42,278 bases of DNA. Source: Octopus bimaculoides (Eukaryota). Shown here one piece after another: positions 34,421 through 42,278 of the stretch. A model generated the notes under the pieces. That model saw only the letters and a list, made by a program, of their open reading frames with translations, made no database searches and was not told the origin of the DNA. Positions within the stretch are counted from its first letter, which is position 1, and the number at the start of each line of letters is the position of its first letter. A program made the translations under genes and the position numbers. The DNA is taken from assembly GCF_001194135.2 (NCBI RefSeq), contig NC_068984.1, positions 84,175,780-84,218,057 of the forward strand, given 5' to 3'.

Positions 34421-34910
34421 TATTGGGTTAACCCATAAATAATGTGTTTTTTTTTTCAATTACATGAACTAAACGTCAGACGGGGACTACCTGCATCAAC
34501 TTGCTATAAAAGCAGGTAGTAATTTTACCTTGTACTTATTCTTAGTGCAAATTTTGAAGAGTGCCGTTCTATTTTAACAGTTATTTTTTCAAAGCGATAA
34601 TGGAAATGACAAAAGAGCATACTTGGTATATTTTGCTTTATGAGTTCAATAAAAGCAACAACGCATGGGGAAGTGAAAGGAATATTAATGCAGTATATGG
34701 GGATCGGACAATAAGTTTAAGCCAGTGTCAACAGTGGCTCCCGAACTTCTGAGATGGAAACTAGAACCTAGAAGACAAGCCTCATCCTGGAAGATCTGTA
34801 GCTTGATGAGGACGTCCTGTAAACCCTGGTGGAACACAGTCTCATCATAACTGTTGAGAACTAGCAGAGAAGCTTGGATTTGGTCATTCAACTAGTCATT
34901 CAAATCAGCA
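34421..34910 (+). mobile_element. Mariner transposon 5' fragment (left TIR plus decayed transposase HTH region)
   Basis: TIR-like tattgggttaacccataaa at 34421. ATG at 34600: MEMTKEHTWYILLYEFNKSNNA...RNINAVYGDRTISLSQCQQWLPNF*DGN*NLEDKPHPGRS...LDEDVL...LAEKLGFGHST, which aligns with mariner transposase N-termini. Confidence 0.88.
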
Positions 34911-34944
34911 CTAGAAGAAAAATGACCACTTTTGGTTTCAAGAC

Positions 34945-35226
34945 GTTGCCAGTGCCGCTGGACTGGCTCTTGTGCAGGTGGCATGTAAAAAACACCATTT
35001 TGAGCATGGCCATGGCCAGTAGCGCCTGACTGGCCCTCGTGCTGGTGGAATGTAAAAGCACTCTACACTCTTGGAGTGGTTGGCGTTAGGAAGGGCATTC
35101 AGCTGTAGAAACTCTGCCAAATCAGATTGGAGCCTGGTGTAGCCAGCTGGTTTCACCAGTCCTCAGTCAAATTGTCCAACCCATGCCAGCATGGAAAGCG
35201 GACGTTAAACAATGATGATGATGATG
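34945..35226 (+). mobile_element. SINE family B copy (right arm of inverted pair)
   Basis: Reverse complement of the 34078 copy; ends ggacgttaaacaatgatgatgatgatg. Confidence 0.9.
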
Positions 35227-36339
35227 ACTTCAGTATCAAGAATTATTGAAGAAATTAAAATCTCAACACACCAATATAAAAAGGTTTGCTGTCACCAATA
35301 GATATCAACTAGTTCATAACATATGTACTAAAGTTTACTAATACAAAGTACTAAAAATGATGTGTGTTTCAAGATTAAAGTTTATAATGTCCCATAAAAC
35401 ATTTTGGTTTCATTTAGTTCTCATTTTAAGAATCAATAAATCCTTTAAGAAAAGGACAAGGTAAGAAAAACAGCATAAAGAAAGTGTTTCCAGGACTTCA
35501 TCATCGTTTTTACATTTGACAATTAATACTTAAAAGACGAAGATTTATGAAGAGCCCTCTTGTTTGGAATTGTTAACAAAACTGTTTTAGATTATTGAAA
35601 AAAGAAACAGGAACAAATAACAACAAAATATAATTGGTAGATAAATGAAATCAGAGCATTACATGAAAAATAAAAAATAAAAATAATGGAGAAAAAATTG
35701 TTTAGATTGGAATAAGATTGAGATTTGTTTCCCCTCCACCTTTTCTTTTTTTCCCTTCCCCTTCCCTCAATCTGATCTACTTTTGACACAAGTACTTTGT
35801 CATAGTGAGGCTGAAAGGAGGCAAGGTAGTTGGGGTGGTGGTTATAGTTTAAAAATGAGTTGCCAGGTGAGAAGAAAGTTCTGCTTGCTGTAACATGACT
35901 TGTAGCAAATGTTTGTATTCTGACTACTCAGGACTTAGTAACAACAACAACAACAACAACAACTACAACAATAAAAGCTTACAAAAAAAGTAAAAAAAAT
36001 ATGGTCAGCTAATTGAAGTAATTGCGTCTGTCAACCAATAAAGATAACGGGCAGTCATTAAAAGTTGGGAGCCCATCAATGTCAATTATATAAAGTCTAT
36101 AGAATAAATACATCTCTTTTTTTTTTTTTTTTTTTTTTTTGACTCTAGAAAAGCCAATTGCACAGTTTCAGTGTCAGAAATGTTAATTTCTTAAAAACTT
36201 TTTAATGTGTTTAACATATTTGTTTATAACCAGCATGTGTGTATTCTGGGATTTAGCAAAGTTGGATCTTGCTTGCATGAAGAATGGATGTTTAGCCAAA
36301 ATAACCAAACAATCTTAGTCTTGTATTACAATTCTGTTC

Positions 36340-36480
36340 AAATCTGGGATGGTTTATTGCTTTGGGAGGATGAAAGAAAAAGTTGACCTCAGCAGGATTT
36401 GAACTTGGAATATAAATGTCTGTTGTTAAATATCAAAAACATTTTGTCCAATGTTCTAACAATTCAACCTATTATCAGTC
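36340..36480 (-). mobile_element. SINE family A copy
   Basis: gggaggatgaaagaaaaagttgacctcagcaggatttgaactt...cattttgtccaatg. Confidence 0.7.
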
Positions 36481-36789
36481 TAGATAAGTAGATAAGATAT
36501 TGATTTATTAGTTCATGTTGACTACAAGCATCTTGTTGCTGGGCACAATTCTACATAACTCAGTTCATCTAGCTGTGGTGTATAGTTACAGTATCTTCTC
36601 AGAAAGTTGCAATAGGCTTGTGTCCTATCCAGTGGTTTATTGATCCCATATTCACTAAGCACTATAGAATCCTAAGTAGAGTATAAAGTTTGAGCACGAC
36701 AATTTGTGGAGATAACCTTGTTGTTTGCATGAACATTAGAAACCAGTATATTTTCACCATTAGATTTTTCATTTTCAATCATTCATCAT

Positions 36790-36960
36790 TTACTGTCAAC
36801 TATTCTATGCTTGTATGGATCAGACGGAATTTGTTGAGGCAGATATTCTATTACTGGATGCCCTTTCTGTTGCCAACCCTCAGCAGTTTCCAAGCAAGAT
36901 AATATTTCCCCATGGTCAGACAAATTTTTCATGGAAGACTGGAAATGAACAACATTGCAT
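36790..36960 (-). mobile_element. SINE family B-related copy (decayed)
   Basis: tattctatgcttgtatggatcagacgg...tattactggatgccctttctgttgccaaccc. Confidence 0.6.
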
Positions 36961-37409
36961 ACATGATGTTAAGACAAATACACATGCACAAGCACACACA
37001 CATGTATGGCAGGGAAACTTGTTTCTTAACTATACAGTCTTGGGATCAGTCCTAATTCCCAGCACTCAGAGACACTATAAAGGATTATGGGCACTTCCCT
37101 TTCTCTTCTGATTAAACCATTAAAAAAAATGTCTTACCCAGAGAAAAACAAACCCATGATCCATGATACAAGATAGTATCATTTTAACCACTCAGTTATT
37201 GCAAATCATGAAAACCATAATGGTACCTGATAGCCTGAGGATAGACGAGACACTACATCAGATGACTAATATGACTTTTTATAGCCACATCTTAATTGCT
37301 TCATATTCTGCTGTGTGGTCATTGTTGATCTGGACCATATTTGATATGTTATCATAGAGTCTTTCTAGTCATTAGAAATTGAAAAAAAAAAAAAGAAAAA
37401 GATTGTCAT

Positions 37410-37640
37410 GAAGGTGTGAGGTCAAGTGGTTATGGTGTTGCATTCATGATCACAAAGTCAGTCTCAATTCCTGGACTTGGTAGCGTGTTCTTGAGCAAAA
37501 CACTTTATTTCATGTCACTCCAGTCAAATCAGCTGTAAAATGAGTAGCTCTATGATGGACTGACATCCTGCTCAGAGGGAATGTTGTGAACATGGTCACT
37601 TATATGCCATGGAAATCAGCTAACTGGCTCTATGAGTCAA
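37410..37640 (+). mobile_element. tRNA-derived SINE (family E)
   Basis: gtcaagtggttatggtgttg...caattcctggac...ttcttgagcaaaacactttatttc...ctccagtc. Confidence 0.7.
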
Positions 37641-38104
37641 AGAATTCAAGATAGTAAGGTCCAGAGGTTGATAATGATGATGATGAAGATGATAGATTTG
37701 TCTCTGTCTGTGTGTCTAGATGTATTTAACTTGACAACAACTCTCCAAGATGTGTAATAACTTATTCCTTAGTACAGTTAACCGATTTTAACAATTATCT
37801 TAATAATCTTACCTTGCTAGCCATCATCCCAACAAGAAGTACACAACTAGTGTACCATCATAATTGTACAGGCATTGATATATTAAACATTCTTCTATCA
37901 TCACAATCATTGAAGGTCATATATTTTAATATCTTCACTTTAATCCTTGCAGAAAGTCTAATTACTGAACAAATGATTGTTTACCTTTGGACAAACCTTG
38001 TGGACAAATGATTGCCCTGAGGTATTTCCAGAAGCAAGTAATTACTTATTCATAAAGTGTTACCACCAATTCATGAAGTATTGCTAAAGGACAGATGTTT
38101 CATT

Positions 38105-38250
38105 TGAGCATGAAATATTGCTAATGGCAAGCAACAGCCTTATTCCCAAAGGGTTGTTAAGAGCAAACAACTACCTTATTCATGAAGTGTTGCTAAGGGC
38201 AAACAACTATCTTATTCATAAAATGATGCTAAGAGCAAACAACCATGTGT
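38105..38250. repeat. 36-bp minisatellite (CTAAGGGCAAACAACTATCTTATTCATGAAGTGTTG-like), about 4 units
   Basis: Visible periodicity; gives the LRANNYLIH repeat in ORF 38118..38315. Confidence 0.8.
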
Positions 38251-38707
38251 TTATGAAGTGTTGGCTGGCATTACTAAGGTCAAACGAAGCATTACTAAGC
38301 ATGAAGCATTACTAAGGTCAAACGATTTGATTCATAAAGTGTTATTAAGCGTACACAATCATAATACATAATTAAAAATGAAACATCACTTGGTGAACAC
38401 TCAATTGTTGCTATTTAACCCCTGGTCAACCCTGATCAAGCAAACCTATGACCAAAAGCATTCCAGCTATGACCATGGTGTCTTTTATTAAGTCATAATG
38501 TATCCAAGATTACATTGTCTAATGTGTTCTTCCTTATTTCAGGGAGTAGAATGTCATATGAGGGAGATTCAGCTGCTATTTCTCACAGATTGAGGAACTG
38601 CACAGAGGGTCTGTCATGTCATTGGCTCAGCCCTTATTAGTAGTGGAAAGGTGAGTCTCATAATCCACAAGACTATTTAACTGTAATTTGTTGCAAGTTG
38701 CCATAAT

Positions 38708-38790
38708 GTTTAGCTACAATCCACCAAGTGTTTAGCTATAAACCCACAAAAATGTTTAGCTGCAATCAGCAATAGTGTTTAGCAATAACA
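38708..38790. repeat. 22-24-bp tandem repeat beginning TGTTTAGC, 4 units
   Basis: tgtttagctacaatccaccaag / tgtttagctataaacccacaaaaa / tgtttagctgcaatcagcaatag / tgtttagcaat. Confidence 0.75.
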
Positions 38791-39229
38791 TTTCAACACA
38801 ATTGTAAAGATTCAACAAGGCACCACTTACAGAAAGCCAATGTAACCTTAGCCTCGACTTCACTTTCCACTCTCATTCAAAACTTCTTTCTTCATCTACC
38901 CATACCATTCCCAATGTCACAACCACCCACTTCTCTCACAGGCATTGAGGCAGCAGCTACACCCAACTCTATTTGCTAGTTCTAACCTCACCTATCCTCT
39001 TCTTGAATTCTGACTTACTCTGGCTGATATCAGAATTAATTACATATTTTCTTTTGAAGTTTGGTAATATAACCATCCCTGATGCTTACATCATCAACAG
39101 AAATAATCTACTACTGTCTCAAGAACTATTGTTGTTGTTGTTTTTCATCCACTGTTAGTCTAATCAATCACAAAGATGTCATATAACTCCCATGTGCTCT
39201 CTATTCATCTTTTGCTCTTATGCCTAACA

Positions 39230-40120
39230 TTTTCTATCTATCTACTAAATTGCCAATCTGTCTAACTTGCTTCGCTTGTTCTTCTTCAAACTAATTTGTC
39301 TACTTACCTTCCCCGTTTTAAATATCCTTTGGAAATATGCTTGGCCTATTCGATGGTTTACTTCTACTAATGTCGATTTGTATCCTTCTGTTTTAGCTGA
39401 TCTCTCTACACTTTACATGTTCTCTTATCTGTTTGTCTGTCTGTCTGTCCGTCCGTCTATCTATCTATTTATCTATTTGTCCCATCTTTGTTGAGCCCCG
39501 TGTGGCTAATAAAAGAAATGTATCTATCTATCTATCTGCCTACTTCTTTATTTGGCTTCTTGTCTTTCTGTTTTTCATATTTTACCTGTCCTTCTATCTA
39601 ATCTGTTTGTTTGTCTGTTTATTTTATTTGTCTTCTTATCTATCAGTCTGTCTGCATGTCCTATTTATGTCTATCTGTCAGTCTTTCTATTTCATGTCTT
39701 ATTTGTTTATCTCTTTTATTTCAACTGTCTGTATTCTGTCTATTTTACCTATCCTATTAACTGTCTTTCTAGCTCACTCTTGTCTTCTTGTCTATCTGTC
39801 TACTTTACCTGTCATCTTGACTATTTTCTCTCTATTTCTTATCAGTCAGTTTTCTAATATTTACTATATTTGCGCTCTTATCTCTTTCTATTTACCTGTC
39901 CTCTTGTCTACCTGTCTGTCTACATTACTTATCTTGTCTATTTTATGTCTATTTTACTCGTCTTCTTGTCTGTCTGTCTACATGTACTTTTGTCTGTCTC
40001 TTTCTTCATGTCCACCTGCTTACTAGTTTCTTTCTCACTACTTCCATCTATTTGTCTATTTTCACCATTTTGTCTGTCTGTCTACTTTGTATGCTCTGTT
40101 GTCTGTTTATCTCTCTGTTG
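39230..40120. repeat. Degenerate (TCTA/TCTG)n pyrimidine-rich low-complexity tract
   Basis: Directly visible; source of the hydrophobic pseudo-ORFs. Confidence 0.9.
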
Positions 40121-42278
40121 ATTTCCTATCAAACATAATCCTGATCTAGTTCAAACTAAACATTAACATCCCATCATCTGATCAATGCCACCACCATCAC
40201 TATCACAATCACCAGCATTGTCATCATCATTATAATCTCATCTTCCTTCTCATGCACAACCATCAATTCCACTACCCAAACCATTTAATCATCATCTCCT
40301 ATTCTTAATCCGTCAACATCACATTCATCATCATCATACTACTACTACTACTACTATTGCTGCTGCCATGGCCACTGCTCTGGCTACTACTGCTGCCTCC
40401 CAGTGGTATTTTGGTTTAAAGTTTGTAAGATACAAACATGACTATTTCCATGAAAGACAAGAGCAAGATTTTAAGGCCTTTCAAAATCTAAGGCAGAGGC
40501 TAATTGATAAGGGACATACTATGATGCTAACTAGTCCCACATGTTATATAATTCTACTGTACTTGATAGTTTATAAGGTGCACATGCTTATAAGAAACAC
40601 CTTCATTTTGGCTGGCTCTTCTTTGAAAAATTTTTTAAATCCTGTTTTTGCTTGATATTTGTAGCCCTCCCTACTTTCATCTAATTTTAAGGTTTGGTTT
40701 ATTCAAATTATTATAAATCTGTCGTCCAATTAAAAAAAATAACATTAAACCTTTCATGACTATATTTCTGATTACAATATGTTCCTTATATGTTTTAATG
40801 GCATTAAAAATAATCATTAATTTAATGTGCATCAACTTTTTATATATTTATTGATATATTAAAATGATGTTTCACACACAACAAAGAGTTATTACATAAA
40901 ATAGCCATCTATGTATCTCACTTAATGAACATACATTGTTGGTAGACCAATTACCACATAATTTGTCTTGAGATAACATCTCTTGTGGACTAGCTGTGTT
41001 AAAAACACAATAAATATGAGAAAGAAATGAAAATTCGTCCCAACATCGGTCAGTAAGAGCACCAGGTGCATTTCAGCCTCTTTAGACATTTTAATGGTAT
41101 ATACTAGCAGCCAGCCACATGCTTGTATGAGAATTCATTGTCTCTGATATTCACTGATGTGAATAGCAGCCTGAATGAACAAAACTTCAGTATATGTAAC
41201 TGATGCAGTATTTAATTAAAATAGCCATCTATGTATCATACTTAATGTATTAATACTGTTGATGATAGACAAGTTACAACAGTATTTTTCTGAAAACTAC
41301 TCTAATTACAAGTAAGTAAATACAGGTGAAACCCGAGATGAAAAGTTATTTATATTTTGTTTAAATAAAAAAAAAAAATAAAAAAAAATCATTAGCCAAT
41401 ATTATATCATATATAACTTGTTAAGTGCCCGTTACTCTTCATGTTAAAATCATCCTAAATTTTGTTCAGGTTGTTGTCTTTTCTTTTTGTTGCGAGTGAT
41501 TTATCTCCTTTATTATTATACACTTATAAACTTGAATTGGAATAAATACAAGAAAACAGTTAAAGGGATTTAGGATGACTGACAAGTTCTGGTATCTGAA
41601 ACTTTTAGAAGAGAAATATTTTAAATTTTCAACCCTATTATCTTCCTAGAAACCATTACTTTCACTATCTTTGTCCAATATTCTTTACATAACTGGAAAT
41701 TAAAACAAACCTGGTTTGAAGCTCATGGGTTATTGTTTGTAATTTATAAGCAATTGTGAAGGCCTGCCTTCTCAGTTACTCCATTTAATTTAAATCACTG
41801 ATTAAGCAACAATAGGTAGCTATCATTTAAAAAAATTTATACTGTAAGTTAAACTGTTTATGAAAAAGGTCTATCTGATCACTGTTCAAAAAAAAGATTT
41901 TTCTATCAATCAAACAAACATTGCCCTGCATGTGAAAGTTTTATGGCGTCTCCATAAAACCCTGCATTCATCATCATCTGTTGCTGGTCCTTAAATATTA
42001 GAACAAAGAAACAATGAGATAGATAGGAAAAACCTAGATGATAAGAGAAGGGAACAGAAAGCTACTGCCAAGAGAACAAGAAAGTACAATTGGTTCCTCA
42101 GTACTTTTGTTGCCATTTCTGTGTTTTTAGTAAATTGTATGGCGTAACAAATAAACAACGGGTTTGTGATGGTAGGTGGTGTTACTAGTGAGGGTTGAGT
42201 TGTTGATCATAATACTAAGAGATAGATTAATACAGAGACAAATACGAGATATGAGAGGGACAAAAGCTGATATATATA

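Noticed and set aside
39433-40121. Leu/Phe/Ser/Cys-rich multi-pass-looking ORFs
   Set aside because: Products of the degenerate (TCTA/TCTG)n tract.

Overview
AT-rich, repeat-dense animal genomic DNA with five N gaps. The repeat families and microsatellite load suggest a coleoid cephalopod such as Octopus, but that is inference. The main feature is a complete minus-strand GLIS1/3-family (GLIS3-like) C2H2 zinc-finger gene. I reconstructed it by hand as 9 coding exons: complement(join(29390..29732, 25267..26780, 19195..19356, 11260..11370, 9446..9581, 8462..8594, 6733..6950, 5662..5880, 3799..3950)), 2988 nt, 995 aa plus stop. All junctions are GT-AG and phase-compatible. The introns and upstream region hold tRNA-derived SINEs, decayed RTE, HERO-like and R4/Dong-like LINE pieces, a mariner 5' fragment, a hAT MITE, a palindromic MITE, several minisatellites and many microsatellites. 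The most unusual non-genic item is a tRNA-headed SINE carrying a hammerhead-ribozyme-like core (10000-10260). Most entries in the ORF track are microsatellite or gap artefacts. No prokaryotic features, CRISPR arrays or genuine rRNA/tRNA genes are supported. Comparisons to known proteins and repeat families are from memory and need database confirmation. Repeat boundaries are approximate unless TSDs are given.
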